A stretch of DNA of 64,000 bases from the human T2T-CHM13v2.0 reference genome, Homo sapiens: assembly GCF_009914755.1 (NCBI RefSeq), contig NC_060936.1. One strand, 5' to 3'. Positions 31,632 through 46,314 of this stretch are shown here, piece by piece. A program made the translations under genes and the position numbers. A model generated the notes under the pieces. That model saw only the letters and a list, made by a program, of their open reading frames with translations, did not search any database and had not been told where the DNA came from. Within the stretch, counting starts at the first letter, position 1. Each line of letters starts with the position of its first letter.

Positions 31632-31766
31632 GACAGTTTCTTTTAACAAGCTCAAGATAAGAGGCCAGAACTCTGCTCTAAAGTCCAATGTAGAGACATG
31701 GGTCCTAAAACAAAATAATACTAAGTCAAAAGCCATCTGAAGAAGAGGCAGACTGACAATTAATGT

Positions 31767-31864
31767 CTCATTCATAATTTTCTATTAGAAACAGTGATGG
31801 AATTGCAGAAACTTTTGTTTCCTTATACATTAGGTTATTTGTCATATTTTCTATAAAAAACTTG
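31767..31864 (+). repeat. 98-bp segment, copy 2
   Basis: Identical to 29097-29194. Confidence 0.95.
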
Positions 31865-33060
31865 AAATTATTTGACTACAATTCTGGTAATATTTATACT
31901 TCTTCAATTCTAAAAGAATGTGACGTGGTAAAAATCCCAGATGTCGCTAATCTATACAGGCACATGGCAACTCAAGAAAACATATGCACTGAAAAGGAAG
32001 CACAGTTCTTAAACATTTCAGTATTGAATCTGGCAAGAGACAGATCTTATGATGGTGTTTGTGGAGTCAGAAATCAAATGAATATCTTCTTAACATATAA
32101 GGTAGTGTTAAATAAGGAACATTATTCAGAGACATCACTGAGCTGAGAGTTGTTTGGATCTGCAAGTGAGAAAAGTAGAATATTTGATATTTTTCCCACT
32201 GGAAAATAAAGGTAATAGACGCCCTGTTGTCTGAAATATTGATTATTAGGGAAAGTCAGCTGAGGTTACATTTATAAATAATTTTATCACCCTAAAATAT
32301 ATAAATGCCATTCATTCTTCCATCTTGTGATGTAGGTAAGGCTTTTTTTTTCTGAGCCTGGATCAGCTGACTAAAGCATTGTTTTTCTTGCAAAAACCAC
32401 AGAAAAAAATGTATTGTCTACAATCTCCATAAATAATACTGAAAACTTAAGACAGTTAAGCAAATTCAATATAGAATCCATCTAATTTTAATGATTTTTT
32501 CACAAACCTTTTAAAACCATCTTGCCCACACTTTGAGAGCAGTTTTCTTTAATGACATCTTTATTGAATCTTTCCAAAACATTCAACTTAGGTTTTCACT
32601 GAAATTGCTCTCCTTTTTTTATATTTTTCTTTCTTTAAATTTCTGTAATAGTTGATTCTACTGCCTAATTACAGCAACCAGCACAATGGCATAAACAGAT
32701 TTAGAAACAAACCTAAATGACTTGGTAAACAGCCCAACAGACCGCATCACAAGTGCCAGGGCGTCCTGGAAAGTCATCTGCCAGCTGTGAGTGTGTTGTG
32801 TTTTAGAGGTTTTAAGAGTCTGGGGCCCACCAGTTGGTTTGGTAAGTGTGAGATGTAGAGGCCCTAAGAAGAGCATCTGTGTAGTGTATCTCGTGCAAAT
32901 GTTAAGTTACACTTCCTACTCACCAGCTTCGTTCTTCAGTCTTCATGTGGTAAAAAATACAACAACCTACGATCCAGGCTACAGCCAGAGGCTCAACTAA
33001 CTTTTGAGTAACCTCCCACGCCCGGTACCAAGAGTTGGAGACACAAATAATAACGGTAGG

Positions 33061-33273
33061 CAGGGTTTATCAACATCACCTGTGTTGAGTGTTGACTTTT
33101 TGGGCCAAAAAGTTCTATGTTGCAGGGGCTGTTCTGTGTATTTGTAGCATTAAACATCCTACTACCCACTAGATGTCAACATCACATTCCCTGAGCTGTG
33201 ACAATCAAAAATGCCTCCAGACATTGCTAAATGCCCACTAGGGGGCAAAATTCCTCCTGACTGAGAACAAGTG
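33061..33273 (+). mobile_element. MER20 with a CTCF-like motif at 33233-33250
   Basis: CCCACTAGATG..GTGACAATCAAAAATGCCTCCAGACATTGCTAAATGCCCACTAGGGGGCAAAA. Confidence 0.8.
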
Positions 33274-33375
33274 AGGGTGGATCAGGAGCTTTCAGTTTCT
33301 AATAAACTTTCTTGGGTCCTTCCCTTTGTTGGGACTCACAGAATTTCATACTCTTAGATCTATCAAGAATCTTTT

Positions 33376-33626
33376 CCTTCAAGTTTTATTTTAGATTCAG
33401 GGGATACATGTGCAGGTTTGTTACACAGATATATTGTGTGATGCTAAGGTTTGATCCTTAACATCATAAACATGCATAAATGATCCTGTCACCCAAATAG
33501 TGAGCACAGGACCCAATAGGTCGTTTTTCAACCCTTTCCTTCCTCCCTCCCCGTCTCCTCCCTCTAGTAGTCCTCGGCGTCTACTGTTCCCATCTTTATG
33601 TCCATGTATACCCGATGCCTAGCTCC
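33376..33626 (-). mobile_element. 5'-truncated L1PA15/16-like 3' end
   Basis: GGGATACATGTGCAGGTTTGTTAC..; TSD AGAATCTTTT at 33366-33375 and 33627-33636. Confidence 0.85.
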
Positions 33627-33684
33627 AGAATCTTTTGGTTGCCTTCTCTGAAATTCAGAGAAGTAAGCTGTGAACAGCCAGTTG

Positions 33685-33852
33685 TGGTTGCCTAATTTGT
33701 AGGGCTGAGGGCAAAATGAAAATGTGAGTCCCGTGCTCAAAAATTACAACTCTGAAGACAGTGACAGAAGAGGATTAAACCAAGGGCAGGACCCTTCTGA
33801 GTGCAGGGCTCTGGGCAGCTGCAGAGGTCGCGTGTCCATGAAGCCAGCCCTG
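33685..33852. mobile_element. MER45A-like
   Basis: GCAAAATGAAAATGTG..CCATGAAGCCAGCCCTG. Confidence 0.65.
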
Positions 33853-35224
33853 CAATAGCCACCTAGTGATAGGCAGAGCAGGAGTTACAACCTGGGATTC
33901 CTGTCACTCTTTCCACTAAACTGACAGTCACATAAAGATCTGCTGCATCTCAATAAGCCAAGAGGTATTAATAGTTCAACTTCCTAATTTTTACTACAGT
34001 TTTTGCTAATATTCCTTATACTTAGCAAGAAATATTGTACATAATAGTGAATTAGTTTCTCATCTCAACTTTTTGAAATCAAATTTATCAACAGAAACCT
34101 ACTAAATTAGATTGACAGTTCCAATTATAGAACTACAAAATCATTTGTGTTTTATTGGAAACAACCATGAGGAGTTTATTATATTTTATTAGTAGCATCT
34201 GTCTCCTGTCTTTGAATGCTAGAGAAGATATTAATGATGTTCTTTTGCCATTTGGAAACAGATACTCTTTTCTCAAAAATTATCTTTGGCACTGGATTAA
34301 TTCTCTAATTTATTCTTGTCATTTGGCAAGCGTCTTCACTCCAGGTGTAGAAACTGGAAGTGTTTCCAGAAAGATCAAGGGAGATATACAATTTATTACA
34401 GAAGGTCAGAATGTGTGTTGCTTAAAGATGTGATGTGATATTTTTCTATCGCATGGATGTGACCATGATGAACCTAAATTCTAGCTTAATATCATCAGTC
34501 TGGTCTTACCTGCTAAAGATCACCAGGACATACATGCTTCTACCTTTTACTGCTCTGCCTTTTTCTTTTTCAACATTCTTCCAAATGTAAATCAGCAAAG
34601 CAATAACCGTCACAGATAACACTGCTTCCAAAACACAAGTAGTGGGTTATTATATTGGTTCAGTAATGTTCAAAACAGCATATCGCAAACTTCCCAACAA
34701 ATGTCTGGAATCCAATTTTATGGTCCCAGAAAGGAAAGTGACACAGGAAATCACACTCCAGCACTCAGAGATAGCAGGCCTCCGGGACTGAATGACAATG
34801 CTGTAAGAAATTTTCGCTAGGGAATGTTTGACAGGAGATGCCACTTCTAACTCTGTGCTTTCAGTTTCTAAGTTCAAGTGAGTTGGTAAGAAAAATCCTG
34901 CTAAAGACATTTATATGATCTTCAGACATAAGGAGACAGTAAAGGAATATGCAGTAGCAGCTACAGTAAAAATGTTTTTAGTTTCTATAGTCAAAAGATA
35001 CATGCAGAGGATGGCTTCCAAAACCAAGTGCAAAAAGGGTATAGTCAAATCATCAAGTGGTCTTACAAAATGATTTAAAAAAAAAAAACCTGAGTAATAT
35101 AAACTATTTTCTACAAAGGCTAAGTGAGGTCAAAAATTTACAATACAGTGAGAAAGGGATGGATTATGCTCTTAAGAGCAGGGGATCTTGTTACCACCCT
35201 CTTCTCATGTCTAAAAATATTATT

Positions 35225-35430
35225 GAATGAATACTTTTACAGAGCTTATAATGTGCCAGGCACTGTTCTCACAGCCTTACATATTAAATCATCCAATCTT
35301 TAAAATATAATTATCTGAGACAGGTATTACAACTATCTCCATGCTACAGAAGAGGAAACAAGCACAGAGAGGTCAACTAAGTTGCCTAAAGTTGCACAGC
35401 TGCAATTTAAACCCAGGCAATTAGTTTCTA
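35225..35430 (-). mobile_element. MIR
   Basis: ATGTGCCAGGCACTGTTCT..AGAGGAAACAAGCACAGAGAGGT. Confidence 0.75.
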
Positions 35431-36284
35431 GATATTAAGTAACACCCAACGGCACATAGCCTTGGACAACTCAAATCTGTCTTTCTGAAAAGCTGAGCCC
35501 ACTATATGACACAAGAACCACTATCTAAATCTACAATGGTAAGCCACTCAGACACTATATATATTTTGTATAATGAAAATCATTACAATTTCCTTTGGAG
35601 CTTATTTCACTAATGTACAAAAGATGAGAAATCCACTTTTAATGAGCTCTTACGTGTGCGGCCCTACGCAGGCACTGTATTTCCCTCATCCCATTCACTT
35701 CTCACCAGGATGTGGAACAACCTTCAGCACCTGATTTTACAGAGGAAGAGACTAAATACTTGGGGGGAAAAGTTGAATCACTTGCCCAATTGTGTAACTG
35801 ATGAGACTCATACTAAAACGAAGCCACATAATTTCAAGAGAAATAAGGAGGAAATGCCTTCATATATATGTATATGTTATTTGTATTTGGAACATATCTA
35901 TACTCAAACATTATATAGCATCAACTTCTTGCTTCCTTATTTGAGTACCTGATCTTATCTAGTACATTATAAAAGTTCCTGGAGACAAAAGCCTTTGTTT
36001 ATAAAAACTTTGTACACCACATTACTTTTAGTATAATAATGCGCAAGTAGTAAAAGCCCCAGAAACATGTGTCAAATAATGGATGAATATGTATTTCTGG
36101 CCCAGAGGTAAACAAAACTCACCCAACTAATGTACAACTGTATGCTAATTAAGTCAATTAAGTACAAAGTACAAAACTCTAACATTTGTGGAGATCTCTA
36201 GCTTCCACTGATTTACCTCAGAAGGAAACTATCCCTTTTGTAAAAGAGGAAGGTTTTCCAACTCATAGCAGATTGGTACACTGA

Positions 36285-36689
<405 letters not shown>

Positions 36690-37665
36690 AAAAGATATTC
36701 TTGAATTATCACCTTCATATTCAAAATAAGATTTCTATCGTAATGCTATATTAGATCCAGCCAATTTTTATTTGAGATTATTATAGAAAACAAATGTTTT
36801 ATGCAAATGACTACACTTTGGGAAAAATAATTTTCTAAGACCGCTGAATTAAGTAATATGTAAAAACTCCAAGACTAAATTAAATATACATCTTGTAGGT
36901 ACGTCTCTATTCCTGCTGGTATAATTTTACAAGTAATGAAGTATGTGAAAGAATTTTTAAAGGGTCTATTTCTCACATTATATATGACTAGTTAATAACT
37001 ATAATTTATTCTTATCTGAGTACTTAAGACTATCAGAACAATAACCTTCACTGGCCCATTTAAGAAGAAAAAAAAAAAATTCCAAGGAATTCAACATGGG
37101 TTTGAATTCTGAATTGGCCACTTAGTAGCCAAGGAGACCTATGCAATTTATATTCGTGGCCTTTCTTTTTTCTTAATAACAGAGGTGATTCTGATGTTGA
37201 AAAAGCACCTTTCTAAAAGTTGTTCAACATAGTTTTGTTGTAAAATACTGCTGAACCTAATGGAATTCCTTATCAGAACAAGCCTCTGACATCAAGATCC
37301 TGTTAATAATTAGGTCTCTGGCCAGTTTACCTGAGTAGCTTACTAATTCACTTGGCAGGTAGAGCTTCTCAGCACAAATTTTCCTTTTGAATAAAACTAA
37401 AGGCAAATGTATGTCTGGGTTTCCTTTCTGGAAATGTACTACCACTTCCTCCAGTCTCAGAGGGCACCTCATCAAAAGGGCCATGACTCACCTTTCTAAC
37501 CCCAGGCTTCCAACACTCTCCCTCCTCCACTGCACTTGATCTTTCCCCATCACACTCATTGCTTCTTGGTGTGTTATATATTCCTTTATTGTCTGTGTTC
37601 CTTCATCAGCATGTATATCCACGAAAGCAGACGTTTTGCTGTTGTCCAGCAAAATATAAAGGCAG

Positions 37666-37870
37666 ATGGGTTGGAATTCTGAATTTAGCCACTTAGTAGC
37701 CAAGGAGATCTATGCAGTTTACTTGAGGTTTTTCTCATCTCTAAAAGAGTATAATATAATAATGATGATAATAATAACGATTTCACACTGGATTGTTGTA
37801 GCATTAAAAGATATAATAATACCATGTGAAGTGCCACGCACAGTACATGACACATCGTAAATATTCAAAA
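37666..37870 (+). mobile_element. MIR (5' part duplicated at 37096-37150)
   Basis: GCCACTTAGTAGC..TTTCTCATCTCTAAAA..CATGTGAAGTGC. Confidence 0.65.
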
Positions 37871-39189
37871 AAAGAATAATGCTCTTTTATTAGTTTTCAA
37901 AAAAACTGCTAACAGATAAAATCAGAAAAGTCACATGATTGCTCTTCAAACTTTGCTCTTTAACAGTAATAAAACTTTAAATTATATTATTCCTCTTTGC
38001 TGCCACAAATGTCACCTGCATGGTTATGCAGCTACAGCCATGATTCCATGTAAGAATAAAGAACTTATAATTTGAAAACATACTACACCACCCCCCCAAA
38101 AAAAAACTACTCTTGAAATCTGAATATCCACAGGACCATTATTAAGCTTAAGACAGAAAAATCTACAGAATTATTACATAAATGATGCCACCTGTGTTTT
38201 CAGTAATTCTTGTGAAATGAACAGAAACCCTGATAAGCTGTTTCAGAAAGTAAAATTAAAATATTTTTCACAGAACATTTTTGAGAACCATGAGTTTCCA
38301 ATTACTTCTCAAAGTGGGTGTATATAAATATAAACTAGCTAATGAGAGTAGCAGAAACAAAACAAACACCAAATTTCACATCTAAGATTCTGACTACAAT
38401 TCTATGGTCAAGATAATCATTTGTCTTAAAAGTGCTGAAGCCACTGTAGTCATAGCTAGTGAAAATATATTTGAATTTCATAGGCTCACCTTTCATAGTA
38501 GAGAGAAATTCCATCACATCTTGAAGTGTACATACCTATAATAAGGGCCTAGTCTGAATTATAATCTATTGTCTAGAGTTATAAATAAAAATTGGCTCAT
38601 TAATTAGTAAGGGGTATTTCCTAAATTCAGACAGTAACAAGGATCTCCTTCAAAATTAATTCTAAGATAATAAATCACATGAGATTTTATAACTTTCATA
38701 TTTGAAATTTCATTGTACTTATAAATACTTGATGTCAAAAAATAAGTTTTTTCGATGGGCCCAACATGTTAGCAACTAGAAGAAAATACTAATAACTCCT
38801 AATATACACATAAATTCCAAACTGTTTTGCTAAAAGTCCACAACGAGTTTCTAAACATATACATCTGCCTTTGTAAATAGAGACATTCAACAAATAGTCA
38901 TTGTGCACTGACTTATGTCTTCTCCTCACCAACCACACCTCCCCAGGGTCTCATGATGACTAAGTAGGACAGAGGGAAGGAGTCTACACACTGTAAGAGC
39001 TCCATTTCCTCCTCCAAATCTCAGGAGTCAAAGATCAGACATCACCATCCACTCCTCTCACGTAAACAGAAAGTCAAAGAAACATTTATGAAGTGCCTTG
39101 CTAACGTCAGGCAATGACTGTATCTGGCAATGAGGATACAAAGATAAGTAAGGCTAAGTTGCTAGTGGAAGCAAATCTAATGCTGACTG

Positions 39190-39429
39190 CTCCAGAGACA
39201 TATCACAAAGGTTCCCAGGGAGTCGAGAGAAGGAAGGCACTCTGCCCTCTCATATTCCAATATAAGATTACTTCCAACCTTCCTTCTGACTCCTTTGTTT
39301 ACCTGCTGTATAAAATCCCAGAATTTCTCCCTCTTCTTTAAGGATTTCCTCATTAATACATCTTCTCTCTATTGCAAGAGCCTGAATAAAACCATCTCCT
39401 TAATTGTTTGGTGCATTTTAACATTCACA
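39190..39429 (+). mobile_element. Possible ERV LTR 3' fragment
   Basis: TATAAAA..CTATTGCAA..TGAATAAA..TCACA arrangement; family not identified. Confidence 0.4.
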
Positions 39430-39999
39430 AAAGGTATCATCTTGCTTTGACTGCAATTCAAGGCAAGGGAGCTAAGATTTCTGTTGGTGCATCAAGCCAT
39501 TTTGATAGTACAGCTGGCTCCAGTCTCAGATGATGACAGACTCAACTCTCACCATAGAAACCTGGCCTCTTTTGGTGCCCCATTAGATCAAATGTGACAT
39601 CATGTGCTGAGATGGACCTGTGGGGCTGTGACATATGCAGAAGTGACTGTGGCTGGGCCTTGAAGAAGCAATGTGCTCTGAGCAGTGGTCTCATAAAAGT
39701 CTGTTGCTGCAATTATACAGAGGCTTCCCTGCAATACTTCTTTAGAGGTTCCTCTGTGACTACACACCCTGTGCACACTTACACGTGGACACAAACATTG
39801 ACAACTTTACCTTCTGCACAGAAGCCAAACCCACTAGGAATTACCACACTGAAGTGGCTTCAATGCACATATTTAAAAAAAAAAAAAAAAAAGAAAGAAA
39901 GAAAAAAGAAAGGAAAGAACGTGAATAGCATCCTCAAATTAGTCCAAAGAATAAAAACTGAGGAAACTGATAAAAACAGACATACTTAATGGTTAAAGA

Positions 40000-40245
40000 A
40001 GGAATCAGCAACCTATAGCTCATGGGCCAAATCTGGCCGGCTTTCTGTTTTTATAAATAATAAAACATAACAAGCACAAAATAATAAGCTTCACACTTTA
40101 CTGGAAGAAATCCACACTCCTTTTTAAAATACATTTTCTATGGTTGTACTGTAACAGCAGAGACAAGTAGTTACAGTGAAGACCACTGGCCAAAAAGCCA
40201 AGTATTACTATCTGGCCCTTTACAGAAAAAGTTTGACAACCCCTA
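40000..40245 (+). mobile_element. MER58A
   Basis: GGGCCAAATCTGGCC..TCTGGCCCTTTACAGAAAAAGTTTGACAACCCCT. Confidence 0.85.
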
Positions 40246-40849
40246 GGATAATGCATCAAAATTAATACCTAACCCTCAACACAGAGAACAGCCTCCAAAT
40301 GCTTATATTCAAAGTATAATTAAAAGATCACCATTCTACTTTCTCAATAGTTCTTTCTTGTGGATGAAATACGATTTTTCCTAATTTGTAGACTTTCTAT
40401 TCTTGTGTAACACAATTAAAATAATACCAGCATCTATTGGACTAAGCAGGAAGAAATGCTTAAGCACTTTTAGTTCAGCCTTTTTGTCAACCGAACAATA
40501 AATTGTCTTAAATTTTGCTAATGGAGACTAATATCAAAAGGCCTTCTTTGCCCAGAGAAAACTCCTAATATGTTACTGCTTTTCAAATTTAATATAATTC
40601 TTTTTGCGAGACAATAATTGCATCTTCTTTGCAGGGTTCACTGATTGGGGTAAACAGGGAAGGTCAGGGGATGTGAACAATCTCAGGGTGTCTCCAGGCT
40701 CCACCTTACCTCCTCAGATCCCACCCACACCATTTTCTCCTCACCCTGAGAGTCAGAAGGCACTTAGTAATGTTGAGTGCTTCTTGCTTGCTCTCTTGGT
40801 ATGATGATGGAGTCTGGGCACTACTGAAATAAACCTGGAAAGATACATT

Positions 40850-41115
40850 CAAACAAGATTGTAAAGGAAGTTTAATAATAAGTTAAGGAACATGTTTCTG
40901 AAGAGGAGAGGGACATGATCCTGTCTGTGTGTTGCAATGATAATTTTGGAGGCCATGGGGAAAGGATGGAGAGGGAAGATACTAGAAACAAGGACAGTTG
41001 ACACTGTTACTCTGGCAGAGAGAATAAGCACCAGAGACCTCACCCAGGCAATGGCAGCAAGAACCGAGAAGAGAAGAGAGATTGGGAATACAGGCTCAAG
41101 GTGGAAGCAACTGAA
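40850..41115 (-). mobile_element. L2 fragment
   Basis: Purine-rich L2-like segment GAGAGGGACATGATC..GGAAGCAACTGAAC. Confidence 0.5.
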
Positions 41116-42120
41116 CTATTTTGCCAACTGATTTTGAAGTTCATTGGCTTTTTCACATTTTTTATAGTTGTTTGAATGCTTTCCTTTCAGAAAAGGATAT
41201 TCTTAAGGACATTTGATTGTTAGGTTCTAAGCTCTTTAAGAGCAAGGACAATGCCTAATTTCTTTTTTTTCCTAATATTTACATCCAAACTGCATGGCAC
41301 AGATGTGGCATGAGATGCAGTCTGCAGAGCAGAACAGGGAGAAGCTGGAGTGGTAGCAGCTGGGGCCCAGATCCCGCCTCCTTCACTTCCTAGCTGTTTG
41401 CCCTTGCCAGCACTCCATTTTCCCAGTACAACGTGGATTATAATGTCTGTTTTAGGATTGTTTTAAGAATGAGAGTGAAAAGAGAAAGGGAGAATGTGTT
41501 TCTATAGATGTGCTTGTAACATTTATAGAAATGGGCATTCAGGAAAAAGAAATTGTTACTAGTATTTTCACACTAGTTGCCCCTCCCCTTTAGGAAAGAA
41601 CAGTTACTGGGCTCAGTTTTCTTAAAAAATTATCTTGAAGGTTTATTTTATTCTAAGAGATGTGCAGTGGGAATCATTTTCAAGGAAGTACCTTGAAAAA
41701 TCCAGGGGAAAAACTGTACTGAAAAACGTGAGACACTTACACAGCAACTGATTATAGTTCCGGCTTCATAAACCTAATAATTTTCTCCTCACTATATCCT
41801 GCCAAGGACACACCTCCTTATTGAAGGCTCAACGTTTCAAGAAATAATAGGTGTTAATAAGTGAGTTAACTGAAATGTGCATCTAAAGCAAGGTATTCAG
41901 TAAGATACTGATTAAAAATACTGCTTAGTACCAGAGGGTTTAGAGGGCCTCAGGTAAGAGGAGAAAATTAATGGCATTTGACCACTGTAGCTCCCCAATA
42001 CAAATCCAATTTAAAATATGAGGGAAAAAATAAGGTTTCTTTGATTTTTTAAGAAACTCTGAGAAGATCTCTGCTGACATTTGAGAATAGGCAGGTTTCT
42101 TCAGATAGTATATGACATGG

Positions 42121-42474
42121 TGATGTGGTTTGGCTCTGTGTCTCCACCCAAATTTCACGTTGAGTTGTAATCCCCAGGTGTCAAGGAAGGGACCTGGTGA
42201 GAGGTGATCAGTTCATGGAGGCAGTTCCCTCAGGCTGTTCTCATGATAGTGAGTGAGTTCTCACGAGCTCTGACGGTTTAAAACTGTGTGACTTTCTTCA
42301 CTCTCTCTCCTGCGGCCATGTGAGACGTGCCTTTCTTCCCCTTCACCTTCCACTATGATTCTGAATTTCCTGAGGCCTTCCCAGCCATGCAGAATTGTGA
42401 GTCAATTAAACCTCTTGTCTTTATAAATTACCCAGTCTTGAGTAGTTATCACAGTGTGAAAATAGACTAATACA
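42121..42474 (+). mobile_element. THE1D/MSTA-like solo LTR
   Basis: TGATGTGGTTTGGCTCTGTGTC..GACTAATACA; TSD CATGG at 42116-42120 and 42475-42479. Confidence 0.9.
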
Positions 42475-44451
42475 CATGGCCATTGATATTCTGATTCTAC
42501 AGACTATCCATGGAATTGTCTTGTTAAACTAAAATGTCCCAACACTAAAGAATGGCTCCTGTGCCTTCCCCTTTGAGGTGGGAAAAAAAAAAGGGTTTTC
42601 TTCAGGACCTTCTGGTAACCTTCTACAAAGATCAGGTAACCTTTAAAGGGCATAGCAATTTGTCGTATCTTGAAGAAAAAATGTCTCCAAATCATGGTTT
42701 TATTTACGAAGCAGACTATCACCTATACTGAATGATGGATTTCAAGTTAAGTTGGAAGTGAGCTACCCTGAGCAGCAACTCATGAATTACATTCATTTTC
42801 AAATGTCTACCTTGTGGGTTTTTTTTTTTTCATTCCATTTAATCGTATTAAATACAGAGCAGTAAAATATAGTATGAACCTAACGGTAAGTGGGAAAAAA
42901 GAGATCTTTGACAAAGTCACAATTCTTTCTGCATGGATCTTCTTTTATGAGATATGGATTTAAGTACATCTTAGCAAGAAAACAAAAATATAAAGCTTTG
43001 AAGTATTACCTATCTACTTACTAAGACAATCTGGATTCTCAGTATAAATCAAGGAAAATGACTTAAAAGCCTACAAGTAATCTGAAAAATGTTTTCTTCT
43101 CCCGTGAGTATGCTCAGTGGAAAATCTCTGTGCTGTTCTTTATCCCCATATAACAACAGAACAGTCAATGACATTTTAATGTAAAATCCAAGAATGATTC
43201 CAATTCTGCATAAGATTTTAAAAGTTGTCTGGGGTTTAGAAAATCGACGACAACCTTTATTTAAAGCCATATTGAATGAAATAGTGTTTCTTTTAAGTAA
43301 GTCAGCATGCCTAAGAAAATAAGTTTTACTAAAAACTGAACAGAGTTGTGTATTGTTTTAATAGTCCTTCAGCTTACAGCTTAACATAAGGATTGAGAAT
43401 TAAAGTAGCTTTTTATCTGACCTTTTGTTTTAATCTACTGTTTACCAGCCTAATACTTTGACAATTTTTGGAATTTTACAACCACCTCTAGAATATTGGA
43501 TATAGAAATGTTTTCTTTGCCAATATTTAGAAAATTGCAGGTCATCTTACCAAGAACAATTTATCAATATCTATTTAAAGTTCACCTAGTAAATGACATC
43601 CATGCATTGTTTTGGGTCAGATAACACTGTAGTACTACCACATGAAAAAAATAAAAGCAAACTACCAAATATATTAGAGAGAATGACTACTTTCCTCTAA
43701 GTGCAGCAGATGTCAATTGCAACGAGTATTTGACTGCAGTGTCATTATGCTGAAATTGGATTTCTAAAGAAACATACAGAAGAATTTCTATCAAAATACG
43801 ATAAATATTTACCCCCTCTGACCTCTCTGCAGAATATGATTTGCTGAAAGGGCCACAGTCAATATCAATTCACAAAAAAAGAAAATGACTTACGAAGGTA
43901 GGTAAGACTTCATGACCAAATTGCAAAATTACTAGAGGAAAAAAAAAAGAGATGCAGCTGTCCCTTCCTATACATGACAGACATGACCCCCAAGGAACTG
44001 GAGGTAAATCAAATCATGTTTTAAAATGAACTCACAGGAAGCTCCTGAATAAGTTCTCTTCCCTACAATACTCTTGCTTTCCAGGCTAGAGATCAAACTC
44101 TTTGTCAAAGGCAAAGCCAACGTTCACCCAGATTCCTAAACTCATTTGTTGATAAAATTAAATAATGGAAATCTTGCTGGCTTGCATATTTTCACATAGA
44201 TTACATATCACACAGGTAACCTAAATGCCCTACTACAGTGACTAGCAACTAGTGGGCCTGCATCTAATTCCAATCTGAAACATTAGCTAGTGCCTCTGGG
44301 TTGCTACTTCTCCTATATGATTAAATGTTGAGATTTTACTGACCAAAGGGTAGGGCCAATATTCTGGCTGGCATTCTTCTGTTTAATAAGTCCATTCTGA
44401 AAGTACATGATCTAGATGATCTAGGTAATATTAACTGTAAAACAATTTTTA

Positions 44452-44747
<296 letters not shown>

Positions 44748-45010
44748 GTTTTAATATGTAATTTTTTAACATGGAATTCACCCCTCCCCCCCCAAAAAAA
44801 GCCATTTTCTTTTAGGGGAAAAAAAGCCCATGACCATTTTTAAGTTCCTTGGATTGAACCCATGCTATAAATAGATTTATAAAAGGCTGCTCTTTACTGC
44901 CCTAAGGCATGCAGTCAGTGTCTCCCTTGCCTGCCTTCCTTTACTCAATCTGTCATTGCACTGATGCTGTCCTAATAACCTCATTCTCCCTAAACATACT
45001 GCTTTTTAAT

Positions 45011-45177
45011 TTCCCTAGCTTCCCTAGCTTTTTGCAGTGGTTCTAACACCACCATCTGTATGTTTCTCTAGAGAAAGCTTTTGTTGTTCATGCTTTTGTT
45101 GTTCATGCTTTCCTTCCAATGATCCTGCCTTAGCACAATGATCCTGCCTTAAGCATCCAATGATCCTGCCTTAGCAC
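45011..45177. repeat. Cluster of short tandem duplications
   Basis: TTCCCTAGC x2; GCTTTTGTTGTTCAT x2; CAATGATCCTGCCTTA(A)GCA x3. Confidence 0.9.
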
Positions 45178-46314
45178 GCCCACTTCAGAGTGGAGAGGAG
45201 GATGACAGAGATGGTGCCTTATCTAAGACCTCCCAGAAACTGTGCTTGAGGGGCTCCTGCAGCGGGGCCAGGGGGCTTCTTCTGACAAGTCATGGCAGCA
45301 ACAGCCTTTGCTTTCCTTTCATCTCCTCTCAGGGTACACTTGTTCGCTGGTACAGGATAAGAAACTAAAGAAGTCAAATAAGTGCTATCAAACAAGGTTA
45401 TATAAAGCACATGAAAACACACCTCTCATTTCTGGATTGTTCCCTAAGACTGCCTTCAGAAGAATCCTGTCTCTTCTGTTGGTTGATTTTACTTCCTTTG
45501 TCATGAGAGACAATTTTTAACTTTCAGGAACTAAAGCTCCTAACAAAGACTCTATGCCTTCTATATGCCCAGTAATCCAAGAAATGACTTCTCATCTCTA
45601 GTGACATGGACAGACCCTACTTTTAATATCATCTCTAATGAATTTGCCCAGGAGAGAAACTCCAAACTCTTTCAGGACATGTCTGTCAAACTGAGGGATA
45701 CATATCCCAGGGATATAAATGACAGAGTGATGGGTTCCATGAAGCCAATGAATGAAAACTGGAACTATTTAGGAAAAAAACGGTTTACAGTCAAGTAAAA
45801 CAGTTATATTATAGAACAGAATGCAAACTTTGGTTAATTTCTAGGATAAAGCAGAAAAATTCAAATATATTTGAGCTTACCACAGCTGCTTCCTGTTATA
45901 ATAACCAGGCCCCAAAGGGCCTGCCTCTCTTCACTCAACTTTGAAGCTAAGCAGAAAAGTTTGCCAATCATTGCTTAAGTAATTACCTATGTCTCTATCA
46001 GGATTCTGTATCTGTTGATAATACAGGCCATGACTCTATTACACATCTATGCAATATGATATAAACTAGGAAAACAAACCAGACATACCACAAAATGATG
46101 GAAATCATATTAATGTTTCTTTGTATTTAAATTTGCTTTCAATTCTGAAAACAGTAATTGTGTCCCTACTAATTTAACACTTAGGCTTGGGAACCTGAGA
46201 TAAAAGATGTATAGTTAGTTCTTACTGCAATATCTTAGAAGTCTGGTACATGTACACTTTGTAGCTATGATCAAAACTTGCAAAAATCAATCTGGCCCAC
46301 TTAATAAAACAGAA

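Noticed and set aside
45117-45177. Three near-identical ~20-bp repeats, superficially CRISPR-like
   Set aside because: No spacers, no cas genes, primate intron; simple tandem duplication.
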